Part shown: positions 19,815-29,808 of the stretch, piece by piece
Layout of the letters: each line of letters starts with the position of its first letter
Numbering within the stretch: position 1 is the first letter of the stretch
NCBI GenBank assembly: GCA_964291405.2
Contig: OZ219926.1
Coordinates: 1,792,001 to 1,856,000 of the forward strand
Reading direction: 5' to 3'
DNA length: 64,000 nt
Source: Thermodesulfobacteriota bacterium
GTDB taxonomy: Bacteria; Desulfobacterota; Binatia; Bin18
Program-made: the position numbers and the translations under genes
The notes under the pieces: model-generated
What the model saw: only the letters and a program-made list of their open reading frames with translations
What the model was told of the DNA's origin: nothing
Databases searched by the model: none

Positions 19815-20552
19815 ATGAGCGACTCGGCATCGCATTCCGTCTACCATCCGGCCTATCCGCATGATCCGATTGAGGAGATTGCCCAAGACGTTTTCATGGT
19901 CCGGGGTAGTCTCAAAATGAATGCCCTTCTACGGATCTCACGTAACATGGCCGTCATTCGTCACGACAGTGAGCTGACTCTGGTAAACCCGGTCCGGTTA
20001 CATGCTGCCGAGGAAGAGAACCTCCAGACGCTCGGGACAATCAAACACGTCATGCGTCTCGGCCCGATGCATGGCATCGATGATCCGTATTACGTCAACA
20101 CGTTTCAGGCAGCATTCTGGTGCCAACCTGGTGGTAGCATCTATACTCAACCTACTATTGATGTCGAAATGCAGCCCGACGGCCCGCTCCCCTTCCCGGA
20201 TGCGGAGTTGTTCTGTTTCAATGACACGGTGCAGCCTGAGGCGGCGCTCGTGCTGCAACGCGGGAGCGGCTTGCTCCTCACCTGTGACGCGCTCCAGCAC
20301 TACGGGGATTATAAGCACAATAATCTTCCGGCCCGTCTGATTTTACCTTTGTTGGGCTTTCCAAAAACCACTCTGGTCGGCCCCGTTTGGCTGAAGCGGA
20401 TGACACCTGCGGATGCATCGCTCAAGCGGGAATTCGAGCGGCTGTTAACCCAGGACTTCGATGCGCTCCTGAGCGCTCACGGGAGTTTTCTGGCACACGA
20501 GGCAAAGGCAGCAGTCCGAGCAGCCATTGAGCGCGCCTTTCCGGATGGATAA
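19815..20552 (+). CDS. Conserved hypothetical protein with MBL-like fold (DUF4336-like)
   Basis: RNMAVIR, LGPMHGIDD, LLTCDALQ and LLSAHG. Confidence 0.65.
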   Translation: MSDSASHSVYHPAYPHDPIEEIAQDVFMVRGSLKMNALLRISRNMAVIRHDSELTLVNPVRLHAAEEENLQTLGTIKHVMRLGPMHGIDDPYYVNTFQAAFWCQPGGSIYTQPTIDVEMQPDGPLPFPDAELFCFNDTVQPEAALVLQRGSGLLLTCDALQHYGDYKHNNLPARLILPLLGFPKTTLVGPVWLKRMTPADASLKREFERLLTQDFDALLSAHGSFLAHEAKAAVRAAIERAFPDG

Positions 20553-20573
20553 GGGCCGCGGTCGTCTGGCCGT

Positions 20574-21011
20574 TTACGAATCAGGCAGGGACGTATACTC
20601 CCGCTCGGCGTACGGGAAACCCTCCAATTCAAAATTGGGCTGTTCGTAGGGCAGGTGACGGTTGATATAGTAGGCGCGAATCTCCGCGATTTTATCCTCG
20701 CGAAAAACATACCACTCCGCCCCACGCATGGCCTCGACTGTGCCGGTTGGCGGCGTCCAGGTCATCGTCCATTCGATCACGCACTCATCCCCTTGGACAA
20801 TCGCATGGTCACAGGTCCACGTCGCCCGAATGCGTGGCTGCATCTTGGCCCAATAGGTCGCAAGTGCTTGTGCACCGCGGATGGGGGCGTGATGCGTAAA
20901 GTAATGGACAACGTCGGCGGTAAAGGTCGATTTCATGAGTTCCGCGTCTGCCGTACTACAGCCGTGATAATACTGCTTTATGGTGTGGACGAATGGATGG
21001 TCTTGAGACAT
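20574..21011 (-). CDS. NTF2/SnoaL-like protein
   Basis: FTADVVHY, CVIEWTM and FREDKIAEIRAY; ATG at 21011 with AGGAGG RBS. Confidence 0.85.
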   Translation of the reverse strand: MSQDHPFVHTIKQYYHGCSTADAELMKSTFTADVVHYFTHHAPIRGAQALATYWAKMQPRIRATWTCDHAIVQGDECVIEWTMTWTPPTGTVEAMRGAEWYVFREDKIAEIRAYYINRHLPYEQPNFELEGFPYAEREYTSLPDS

Positions 21012-21256
21012 GGCGTTCCTCCTGTTCGTAAAGCCAGCGCTACGCGGTTTGGCGTACACAAATGCTGGACAGAATCCGTGTCCGGCATCTCCCGGGGCTG
21101 TAACTCTTCTAGCTGCTCCTTCAATTCTTCGAGCATCTGCTCCTCAAAATGTCCCGCACACATGGCCATACCAAACAATAGCAGGAGCAGAAGAGCGCCG
21201 GCGCCAACCAGACAGCCAGCGCCCATTTTTATCCCCCGTATAAAGTCTGATGGCAT
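20978..21256 (-). CDS. Small single-pass membrane hypothetical protein
   Basis: Hydrophobic segment followed by an acidic coiled-coil (EEQMLEELKEQLEEL); overlaps the next gene start. Confidence 0.45.
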   Translation of the reverse strand: MPSDFIRGIKMGAGCLVGAGALLLLLLFGMAMCAGHFEEQMLEELKEQLEELQPREMPDTDSVQHLCTPNRVALALRTGGTPCLKTIHSSTP

Positions 21257-21454
21257 ACGGCTTCCCGCTGTATCACAGCCGAAAACGGGCGGGAATAGCG
21301 AGGCCGGCTTGACGAGGAAAGAGCGGGGAAAGAGCGGTGCCCGAGAAGCCCCGGACGAACCTGAGCGGGCGGGGCATACGAGGTTCTCGCGTTGCCAGCG
21401 GTCTGAGCGGCATGGTAGAAAGACGCCCAATGGCAATGCTGACTTGCATAAGGG

Positions 21455-22969
21455 ATGCCCGTGCACCGCGCTCACTATATCCTTGCCCTTGATCAAGGCA
21501 CAACCAGCTCCCGCGCTATTCTCTTTGATCAGGCAGGCGCGATACGCGGGAGTGCGCAGAAAGCATTGACTCCGCTATTTCCTCAGTCCGGTTGGGTGGA
21601 ACAGGACGCCAATGAAATCTGGTCGTCACAGGCCACGGCCGTGACCGAAGTTCTGGCCCAGGCGGGGCTGTCGAGCACCGATGTCGGCGCCCTAGGTATT
21701 ACCAATCAGCGTGAGACCACCCTCATCTGGGACCGAGAAACGGGCCAGCCGATCTATAATGCGATTGTCTGGCAAGACCGTCGCACCGCCCCGCTGTGCG
21801 ACACGCTCAAGCAACAGGGCCTGGAGACCTTTTTTCGAGACAAGACCGGCCTGGTTATCGACCCGTATTTCTCGGGAACGAAAATCCGCTGGCTCCTGGA
21901 TACTATTCCGGGCGCACGCTCCAAGGCCGAGGCCGGCCGGCTGGCCTTTGGGACCGTTGATACCTGGCTCGTCTGGCAACTGACTCAGGGGAAGAAGCAT
22001 ATCACCGACGTCACCAACGCTTCGCGTACCCTGTTGTTGAATATCCAAACGGGAGAATGGGATCAGGAATTACTCGATGTCCTCCATATCCCTCGCCAGC
22101 TCCTCCCCGAGGTGCGCAGCTCCAGCGAAGTCTACGCGGACACGTCAACCGACCTCATCGACACGGCCGTACCGATGAGTGGGATGGCCGGCGATCAGCA
22201 CGCGGCGTTATTTGGCCAGATATGTACGACACCCGGCATGGTGAAAAATACGTATGGCACGGGCTGCTTCATGCTTATGCATACCGGTGAGCAGCCCATT
22301 GCCTCTCGGAACAATCTGCTTACTACCGCGGCGTGGCGTTTCGATGGCCGCACCCAGTATGCGCTGGAAGGCAGCGTCTTTATAGCAGGCGCCGTCGTGC
22401 AGTGGCTGCGCGATGGGTTGGGCATTCTCAAGTCATCGGCAGAGGTCGAGACCTTGGCGGCCAGCGTTCCGGACACGGGTGGGGTCTATCTCGTGCCGGC
22501 CTTCTCCGGCCTGGGCGCTCCGTATTGGGACCCCTACGCGCGCGGCTCACTCTTCGGTTTGACGCGCGGCTCGACCGCAGCCCATATTGCCCGAGCCGCA
22601 CTGGAAAGCATTGCCTACCAGTCCATGGATGTCCTGACAGCCATGGAGGCAGATGCGGGCTTGCAACTCACCCAGCTTCGCGTTGATGGCGGCGCAAGTA
22701 TGAATAATCTGCTGATGCAGTTTCAATCCGACATCCTCGGCGTGCCGGTGGTTCGTCCGAAAATTGCAGAGACAACCGCGCTGGGGGTCGCCTATTTGGC
22801 CGGCTTGGCGGTCGGCTATTGGAAAGATCCAAGCGAGATTGCGAGCCAGTGGCAGATTGATCGCGTTTTTGAGCCTGACCTGTCACCAGAACGTCGGGAG
22901 GAACTCAAGGTCGGCTGGGCAAAAGCCGTGAACCGCGCCAAGGAGTGGGAAACACCGGACACCGAATAA
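21455..22969 (+). CDS. glpK: Glycerol kinase
   Basis: [46 protein letters not shown] and GLGAPYWD. Confidence 0.97.
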   Translation: MPVHRAHYILALDQGTTSSRAILFDQAGAIRGSAQKALTPLFPQSGWVEQDANEIWSSQATAVTEVLAQAGLSSTDVGALGITNQRETTLIWDRETGQPIYNAIVWQDRRTAPLCDTLKQQGLETFFRDKTGLVIDPYFSGTKIRWLLDTIPGARSKAEAGRLAFGTVDTWLVWQLTQGKKHITDVTNASRTLLLNIQTGEWDQELLDVLHIPRQLLPEVRSSSEVYADTSTDLIDTAVPMSGMAGDQHAALFGQICTTPGMVKNTYGTGCFMLMHTGEQPIASRNNLLTTAAWRFDGRTQYALEGSVFIAGAVVQWLRDGLGILKSSAEVETLAASVPDTGGVYLVPAFSGLGAPYWDPYARGSLFGLTRGSTAAHIARAALESIAYQSMDVLTAMEADAGLQLTQLRVDGGASMNNLLMQFQSDILGVPVVRPKIAETTALGVAYLAGLAVGYWKDPSEIASQWQIDRVFEPDLSPERREELKVGWAKAVNRAKEWETPDTE

Positions 22970-22981
22970 GGAGGATACACT

Positions 22982-23836
22982 ATGCAAACAGGTAACTTTC
23001 GTGGCTTCGCCGTTTCGATGCAGGACCCAGGCATTACCCTGATTACCTTTAACCAGCCCGAGCGCCTGAACGGGATGACGCATCACCTGAAGCGCGACCT
23101 GGTTGAAACCCTCATTCAGGCCCAGATGGATGACGCGGTCCGTGTGGTCGTATTTACCGGCTCGGGACGCGCCTTTTCCGCGGGCGACGATATTACGGGT
23201 CGTCCGGTCGGACAGCATACCGGGCAGGCGCGGGTACCTGATATTCCGGGCGGTCATCACAACCCGACGGGGACGTATAACGGCTTGCGGAATCTCTCGC
23301 AGCCGCTCAATCAGGCGGTCAGAAATCTGGACAAATTGACCATTGCCGCGCTGAACGGTGTGGCGATTCAAACCGGCTTCTCGCTCGCCCTGGCGTGTGA
23401 TTTCCGTATTGCATCCGAAGAGGCTCGTATGGGCAGCGCTACGCTTCGTTTCGGACTCTTACCCGACGAAGGCGGCCAGTTTCTGCTCACACAATTAATG
23501 GGCGTAGGAAAAACCATGGATTTCCTCATGCGGAAACGGATTGTGTCGGCCCAGGAGGCATTGGACCTCGGACTGGTGCATGAAGTTATGCCGCCAGCCG
23601 AACTCATGGACCGAACGCTGGACCTCGCCCGTGAACTCGCCAACGGCCCACAGGTCGCCATGCGGATGCTCAAACGCTCTCTCTATAATGCGGCCGAGAT
23701 GACCTTTGCCCAGTCCCTGGACGAGATTGCCTCGAAAACCGCAGTCTCGGACCATCATCCCGATGCCGAAGAAGGCATGCGGGCGTTTCAGGAAAAACGC
23801 TCGCCCCGGTTTAATCAGTGGCTGGAGAGAGACTAA
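22982..23836 (+). CDS. Enoyl-CoA hydratase/isomerase family protein
   Basis: GRAFSAGDD, LALACDFRIA, GLLPDEGG and EGMRAFQEKRSP. Confidence 0.9.
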   Translation: MQTGNFRGFAVSMQDPGITLITFNQPERLNGMTHHLKRDLVETLIQAQMDDAVRVVVFTGSGRAFSAGDDITGRPVGQHTGQARVPDIPGGHHNPTGTYNGLRNLSQPLNQAVRNLDKLTIAALNGVAIQTGFSLALACDFRIASEEARMGSATLRFGLLPDEGGQFLLTQLMGVGKTMDFLMRKRIVSAQEALDLGLVHEVMPPAELMDRTLDLARELANGPQVAMRMLKRSLYNAAEMTFAQSLDEIASKTAVSDHHPDAEEGMRAFQEKRSPRFNQWLERD

Positions 23837-24048
23837 CGCTCGGTCCCCTTCGTTACCCAACTTGGAGAGAATACTGTCATTATCCTGGTGGCTTTCAATA
23901 AGTCTTGTCTGCAACAAAGCATATGTTCCGTATCGACCTGCGAAACCAACCCTCTGTTTTCCCGGACAGGCTCCCGGTATGTAGTACTTCACACTTGTCT
24001 GTGTTGGGCAGATGAGAGACTCCTCGACAAAACAAATCAGGAGGGCAA

Positions 24049-25410
24049 GTGCAAAGGATTCTCATTCGTTGTCTCGTCTGGCTCAGTCTGATCAGTATAG
24101 GCGTTCCCCCAGGCAGGGTTTTAGCTCAGGAGCAGCCAGCGTCTTCTTTCGCTCTCACTGGAGCTACTCTGCACACTATTACACACGGGGTCATACCCAA
24201 CGGTACGCTCATTATCCGAGACGGAAAGCTTGCCGCGGTCGGCCCGCTTCCTGATGTCTCAATTCCAGACGATACGGTCATACATGATGTCAGTGGCAAA
24301 GTTATTTTGCCTGGTCTAGTGGATACACATTCCCATCTTGGTGTCTCCTCTCGCCCGCGTGTACCAGCCAACGCAGATACGAATGAAACAACAGGTCCAG
24401 TTCAGAGCAGGGTTCGCGCGCTGGACGCGATTTATCCGTCCGACCCAGGCATCCGCATGGCCCAAGCGGGTGGTATTACGACGGCAAATATTATGCCCGG
24501 CAGCGGGAATGTGGTTGGTGGCCAAACAGCCTATGTAAAACTCCGAGGCCGTACGATTGAAGACATGCTCATCCATAAAGAGGGCGTACAAGGCGGCATG
24601 AAAATGGCCAATGGCGAAAACCCAAAACGCATCTATGGGGCACGACAGCAAGCACCGTCCACACGCATGGGCGTAGCCGCGCTCCAACGACAACTTTTTG
24701 TTCAAGCCCAGAATTACCAGAAGGAGTGGACTCTCTATCACGAGCAAAAGGAAAAAGACGGGAAGGCGACGCCGCCTGATCCGAATATCGGTCTTGATCC
24801 AGTCATTGAGATACTGGAAGGCAAACGAGTCGTGCATTTCCATACTCATCGTTCAGATGACATCATGACTGCCATTCGTCTGGCAGAGGAGTTTCAGTTT
24901 CGGCTGGTACTCCAACACGTAAGCGAAGGGTATAAGGTGGCGGATGAAATCGCCCGCCGAAATATCCCATGCTCGATCATCGTTTTAGATGCTCCTGGCG
25001 GCAAGCCTGAAGCCGTGGAGATGGCCCTCCGTAACGCAGCCGTCTTAGAACAGTCCGGAGTCAAGGTTGCTTTCCACACGGATGATCCCATTACCGACTC
25101 ACGCTTTTTCTTACGGACAGCGGCTCTGGCTGTTCGTGCCGGTATGAGTGAGCATGGAGCACTGCGGGCCTTAACTATCGACGCAGCAGAAATGCTTGAT
25201 TTACAAGACAGGGTCGGCTCACTGGAAGTCGGGAAAGACGCAGACTTGGTGATCCTGTCCGGTCCGCCCTTCAGCGTGTACTCCCAAGTGCTTGAAACGT
25301 ACATCGAAGGCGAAAAGGTCTTTGACAGAAGCCGTTCAGAGGATATTCGGTATGCGACTGGTGGTTTCGCGGTAAGAGATCGCTATCCCGGACAAGGCGA
25401 AACGGAATGA
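24049..25410 (+). CDS. Secreted amidohydrolase (metal ligands intact)
   Basis: Signal peptide; PGLVDTHSH, MKMANGENPKR, FHTHR, QHVSE, HTDDP and GKDADLV. Confidence 0.88.
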   Translation: MQRILIRCLVWLSLISIGVPPGRVLAQEQPASSFALTGATLHTITHGVIPNGTLIIRDGKLAAVGPLPDVSIPDDTVIHDVSGKVILPGLVDTHSHLGVSSRPRVPANADTNETTGPVQSRVRALDAIYPSDPGIRMAQAGGITTANIMPGSGNVVGGQTAYVKLRGRTIEDMLIHKEGVQGGMKMANGENPKRIYGARQQAPSTRMGVAALQRQLFVQAQNYQKEWTLYHEQKEKDGKATPPDPNIGLDPVIEILEGKRVVHFHTHRSDDIMTAIRLAEEFQFRLVLQHVSEGYKVADEIARRNIPCSIIVLDAPGGKPEAVEMALRNAAVLEQSGVKVAFHTDDPITDSRFFLRTAALAVRAGMSEHGALRALTIDAAEMLDLQDRVGSLEVGKDADLVILSGPPFSVYSQVLETYIEGEKVFDRSRSEDIRYATGGFAVRDRYPGQGETE

Positions 25411-26723
25411 TTGGGGTCGGAAAGAAAAATCGGAGCAACGCTTGGGGTTTGCAAACTCTCTTGGCCGGCATCTTTTTTTGCAGTTGCTTCTGCCTCCCTG
25501 TACGAGCGCAGACGATTGCAGTCTCAGGAAAAACGATCCACACTGTTTCACAGGCCGGAACAATTCAGGATGGGGTCATTCTCATACAAGACGGACGCAT
25601 TGCCCAGGTTGGACCGGTGGCTGAGGTAATGATTCCGAGCGAGGCTGAACGCTTCGCCGCAGAAGTTATCACTCCTGGTTTTATTGATGCTCACTCCGTC
25701 GTAGGCCTCTCGGGCTGGCATAACGTGTTAGCCGATCAAGACCAGGACGAAACCACCGCCCCCAACCAAGCTGAACTCCGAGCGATTGATGGATTTAATC
25801 CGGCAGATCCGTTGCTCGCCTATCTGCTTCGGCACGGCGTGACAGTCATTCAAGCGGGACCGGGTCATGGAAATCCCATAGGTGGACAGGCCGGAATTTT
25901 CAAGACCGCGGGCACGACGGTTGAAGCAATGACCATCCGGTTTCCCTCAGCCATGATTTTTACTCTTGGCGAATCCCCCAAGAAGGTCTATGGAAAGCGG
26001 AAACACACACCAATGACACGTATGGGTACGGCAGCTTTTATCCGCCAAGCTCTGACAGATGCTCGGATTTATGTCACACAATGGCAAGAGTATAAGACAC
26101 AGGAAACGGATACAGTAGAAAAGCCAGAAAAGAAAAAGAAGAAGGCTCCAGATCGAGACTTAAAAAAAGAGGCGCTCGCCGCAGTTGTTCAGGGTCAGTT
26201 TCCTGTCCTCATTACCGCGCATCGTGAAGACGACATCCTCACTGCACTGCGAATAGCTCAAGAGTTTAACCTTACGATCATCCTCGACGCGGCAACCGAG
26301 GGCTATCTGGTTGCGCCTGAGATTCTACAGGCAGGTATCCCCGTCATTGTCCATCCGACCATGCAACGTATCAGGAGTCCGGAAACAGCCAATACATCCT
26401 TGGAGAATGCGGCCCTGTTGGCTGATGCAGGGATAGCCATTGCGCTCCAATCCGGCGTTGAGGCTTATATGCCCAAAACCCGTCTTGTCTTGTTTGAAGC
26501 TGCGATTGCGATGGTCAACGGATTGGGGTTTGAGCGAGCCCTGCGCTCCATCACGATTGACGCTGCCCGCCTCCTGAATATCGACAAAATCGTGGGGTCA
26601 CTCGATATAGGGAAAGATGCCGACCTCGTCTTGTTTGACGGTAATCCGTTTGAATATACGTCGCATATTCAGGCTGTTATTTTGAATGGACGTACCGTCT
26701 ATCAACGGCCGGCTTCTCCCTAA
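25407..26723 (+). CDS. Secreted amidohydrolase paralog (degenerate metal ligands)
   Basis: Signal peptide; PGFIDAHSV, GESPKK and GKDADLV; 4-nt overlap with the upstream paralog. Confidence 0.85.
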   Translation: MIGVGKKNRSNAWGLQTLLAGIFFCSCFCLPVRAQTIAVSGKTIHTVSQAGTIQDGVILIQDGRIAQVGPVAEVMIPSEAERFAAEVITPGFIDAHSVVGLSGWHNVLADQDQDETTAPNQAELRAIDGFNPADPLLAYLLRHGVTVIQAGPGHGNPIGGQAGIFKTAGTTVEAMTIRFPSAMIFTLGESPKKVYGKRKHTPMTRMGTAAFIRQALTDARIYVTQWQEYKTQETDTVEKPEKKKKKAPDRDLKKEALAAVVQGQFPVLITAHREDDILTALRIAQEFNLTIILDAATEGYLVAPEILQAGIPVIVHPTMQRIRSPETANTSLENAALLADAGIAIALQSGVEAYMPKTRLVLFEAAIAMVNGLGFERALRSITIDAARLLNIDKIVGSLDIGKDADLVLFDGNPFEYTSHIQAVILNGRTVYQRPASP

Positions 26724-26731
26724 ATGCCAAG

Positions 26732-26893
26732 TTAATGCGAGCAGTCTGACGACGCCGTCAACACGTGAATGCTTACGACGCTTTCTCTATTGCCGCTACC
26801 CGGCTTGCTGACGCTCCTATGCTGACCGCGGATGGTTTCCTTTCCAGAGTCCCTCTGCCTGGCATCATCGTTTAGAACGTTCGGCCAGGATGA
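26732..26893 (+). pseudogene. PIN-domain (VapC) toxin C-terminal remnant
   Basis: Frame reads LMRAV*RRRQHVNAYDAFSIAATRLADAPMLTADGFLSRVP..., matching the PIN AYDA...LTAD motif; internal stops; no 5' half. Confidence 0.65.
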
Positions 26894-27027
26894 GCATCTT
26901 TTTAGTGAATCAGGAACGGAAGTGGATATGCGACTTCCCATAGCTATGAAGTTTGCAGGTCACATGCTACGCGGGGGAATGGTGCACAGAGGTGCGCTGA
27001 AGCACACGACAGATAGGGAGGCCAGCC

Positions 27028-28194
27028 ATGTTCGTTGCCACGCTCAATCGTCCACTTGCCACGACGATCACCGGCTCTTTGCCACGACCCGAATGGTTTA
27101 CGCTCAACCTTGCCGGCCGCTCGATGTCCTCAGCCTTGTTGGGCGATTATCAGTTTCACGAGCAGTATATTGATGCGGTTGCCAGTTGTATCAGCGATCA
27201 ACGCCGGGCCGGGATCGATATCATGACGGATGGCGATATGCGCTTTGATCGGGATATCGGCGGGCGGGCGTGGTTTGGCTATATCTTTGATCGGGTGGAG
27301 GGCCTGTCGCCCGGTGCGTTGCGCTCCCTCCCGTTCGGCGGCTCTCCGCGAGAACTCCAACCTGGAGATATTTTTCATGAGATTATGGTGACCCGCTTAC
27401 CACCCACAGTCACGGGGCCGGTGAGCGCCGGCAGCCTCGAGTACGATATCGCCTGGAAAACCGCTCAGGGGCTGGCCGAACAGCCGGTTAAATTTGGGGC
27501 CTGCTCGGCCCAGGTTGTCGATATGCTCGTGATTAACGAGCATTACCGGGACCGCCAAGAAACGATCATGGCCCTCTCCCAGGCCGTTAATGGCGAATAC
27601 CATAAACTGGCCGATGCCGGCTGTCCCATTGTCCAGGTCGAAGAGCCGTGTTTCCACTTCGTAGAAGATATTGACTGGGAAATCCCACCTGAGGTCTACG
27701 TGAAGGCCTTTAACCGGGAAGTCGCCGGGCTGCGCGACAAAACCGAAGTGTGGTGCCACACCTGTTGGGGGAACCCGTTTGCCCAGAACCTCGGCTACGG
27801 CGCACGCTATAAGCCCGTTTTGCCGTATCTCGATCAACTTGAGGTAGACGTGGTGACCTTTGAGATGAAGTTCAACAATTTTGCCGAACTCGCCGATGTT
27901 GCCGCTGCTATCGGTAAGGACAAGAAAATCGCTATTGGTGTCGTCTCGCATCGCACCCTGCAAGTCGAAACAGCGGAAGAGATTGCCGAGTCCGTACGCC
28001 AGGCCCTGAAAATTGTTGAACCCGAACGCTTAATTCTCAGCACCGACTGCGGGTTTGGACGCCAGGGCATTTCCCGCAAGCACGCCTTCTATAAGATGGT
28101 CGCGCTCGTCCAAGGCGTCAACGTCGTCCGGCGCGAACTTGGACTGACCCCTGCCGTCATTCCTGTCGAGGCAAGAAACCTGGCGTATTTGTAA
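27028..28194 (+). CDS. Cobalamin-independent methionine synthase II family protein
   Basis: TGSLPRP, TDGD, VQVEEP, HTCWGN and STDCGFG. Confidence 0.88.
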   Translation: MFVATLNRPLATTITGSLPRPEWFTLNLAGRSMSSALLGDYQFHEQYIDAVASCISDQRRAGIDIMTDGDMRFDRDIGGRAWFGYIFDRVEGLSPGALRSLPFGGSPRELQPGDIFHEIMVTRLPPTVTGPVSAGSLEYDIAWKTAQGLAEQPVKFGACSAQVVDMLVINEHYRDRQETIMALSQAVNGEYHKLADAGCPIVQVEEPCFHFVEDIDWEIPPEVYVKAFNREVAGLRDKTEVWCHTCWGNPFAQNLGYGARYKPVLPYLDQLEVDVVTFEMKFNNFAELADVAAAIGKDKKIAIGVVSHRTLQVETAEEIAESVRQALKIVEPERLILSTDCGFGRQGISRKHAFYKMVALVQGVNVVRRELGLTPAVIPVEARNLAYL

Positions 28195-28237
28195 AGGTTG
28201 AGAGAGATTTCTGAGCGAACATCCAAATTGAGGAACT

Positions 28238-29758
28238 ATGAGCACAGAACATTTCGATGTCCTGGTCGTCGGCGCGGGAATCTCCGGGATTGCCGCCGGC
28301 TATCATCTACAGACTACCTGTCCGGGCCGGACGTACGCCATTCTCGAACGCCGCGATACCATCGGAGGCACCTGGGACCTGTTCCGCTATCCCGGTATCC
28401 GCTCGGATTCGGATATGTATACGTTGGGGTATCCGTTCCGGCCCTGGACCGACCCAAAGGCCATCGCCGATGGGCCTGCCATCCTTCGCTATGTCAACGA
28501 GACCGCTCGGGAATTCGGGATCGATCGTAATATTCGTTTTGGTTATCACGTCAAGCAAGCCTCTTGGTCCACAGCGGACGCACGTTGGACGGTCGAAGCC
28601 GAACGGACCGACACGAAGGAGCGCTGGCGCTTCACCTGCAACTTCCTCTTCATGTGCAGCGGGTACTACAACTACGACGCAGGCTATACACCGGATTTTG
28701 CCGGAACCGAGCACTTTCGAGGCCGAATCGTGCATCCGCAGCAATGGACCGACGATATCGAGTACGCGGACAAGCGCGTCATCGTCATCGGCAGCGGAGC
28801 GACTGCGGTGACGCTCGTTCCCGAACTGGCCAAGCAGGCGGCCCATGTCACGATGCTGCAACGCTCGCCCAGCTATATTCTCTCCCTGCCGTCTAAGGAC
28901 TCTCTCGCCAATGCGCTGCGCCGTTTTCTTCCGAATGCCCTCGTCTATCGCCTGATTCGGTGGAAAAATGTGCTTATCGGAGCCTACTTCTTCTGGTTCT
29001 GTCGCTACTCCCCAGAGCGCGCCAAGGCGTTTCTCTTGCGCCAGGTTCGCGCGGCGCTGGGGCCTGATTATGATGTCGAGCAGCATTTCACACCCCACTA
29101 CAACCCCTGGCAGCAGCGCCTGTGCCTGATCCCGGACAGTGACCTGTTCAAAGCGATCAAGGCCGGTCAGGTTTCGGTTGTGACCGACCATATCGAGACC
29201 TTCACCGAGCGGGGCATCCGTCTGCGTTCGGGAAAAACGCTTGAGGCCGGGCTCGTTGTGACAGCTACGGGTCTCAATCTGCAACTCCTTGGTGGTCTCG
29301 AGGTAACGGTCGATGGGGAGCCCGTCGAGTTCTCAAAGACGCTGACATATAAAGGCGTCATGTTCAGCGATGTGCCGAACCTGGCCCTGACTGTTGGCTA
29401 TACGAACGCGTCGTGGACGCTGAAATGCGATCTCACCTGTGAGTATGTCTGCCGCCTGCTCAATTATATGCAGGCGAACGGCTATGCGCAGTGCTGCCCG
29501 CGCCCCCACGACCCGGATATGGAGCGGGAGCCGTTCATCGACTTCACGTCGGGTTACGTCCAAAGAGCAATCGATGCCTTCCCCAAGCAGGGCGTCAAGG
29601 TGCCCTGGAGAGCGTATCAAAATTACCTGCTTGATACCTGGACAGTTGCCTATGGTTCGCTGACTGACGACGCGCTGAAGTTCACCCGGCGACCGGTTGG
29701 ACGACACCAGAATGCTACGACAGACAATGCCACGCTACCAGAGCAAGCGGCTGGCTGA
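28238..29758 (+). CDS. Flavin-containing monooxygenase (EthA-like BVMO)
   Basis: VGAGISG, GGTWDLFRYPGIRSDSD, HPQQW, GSGATAVT and GYTNASWTLK. Confidence 0.93.
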   Translation: MSTEHFDVLVVGAGISGIAAGYHLQTTCPGRTYAILERRDTIGGTWDLFRYPGIRSDSDMYTLGYPFRPWTDPKAIADGPAILRYVNETAREFGIDRNIRFGYHVKQASWSTADARWTVEAERTDTKERWRFTCNFLFMCSGYYNYDAGYTPDFAGTEHFRGRIVHPQQWTDDIEYADKRVIVIGSGATAVTLVPELAKQAAHVTMLQRSPSYILSLPSKDSLANALRRFLPNALVYRLIRWKNVLIGAYFFWFCRYSPERAKAFLLRQVRAALGPDYDVEQHFTPHYNPWQQRLCLIPDSDLFKAIKAGQVSVVTDHIETFTERGIRLRSGKTLEAGLVVTATGLNLQLLGGLEVTVDGEPVEFSKTLTYKGVMFSDVPNLALTVGYTNASWTLKCDLTCEYVCRLLNYMQANGYAQCCPRPHDPDMEREPFIDFTSGYVQRAIDAFPKQGVKVPWRAYQNYLLDTWTVAYGSLTDDALKFTRRPVGRHQNATTDNATLPEQAAG

Positions 29759-29808
29759 CCAGCGCTTTCCAAGAAGCACGCTTCTCTCCGAGGGAAAAGA
29801 GAGGAGGA

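Noticed and set aside
26747-26749. In-frame TGA in the vapC fragment as selenocysteine
   Set aside because: Falls at a probable Trp position; the frame also has a TAG and lacks its 5' half, so decay is the better explanation
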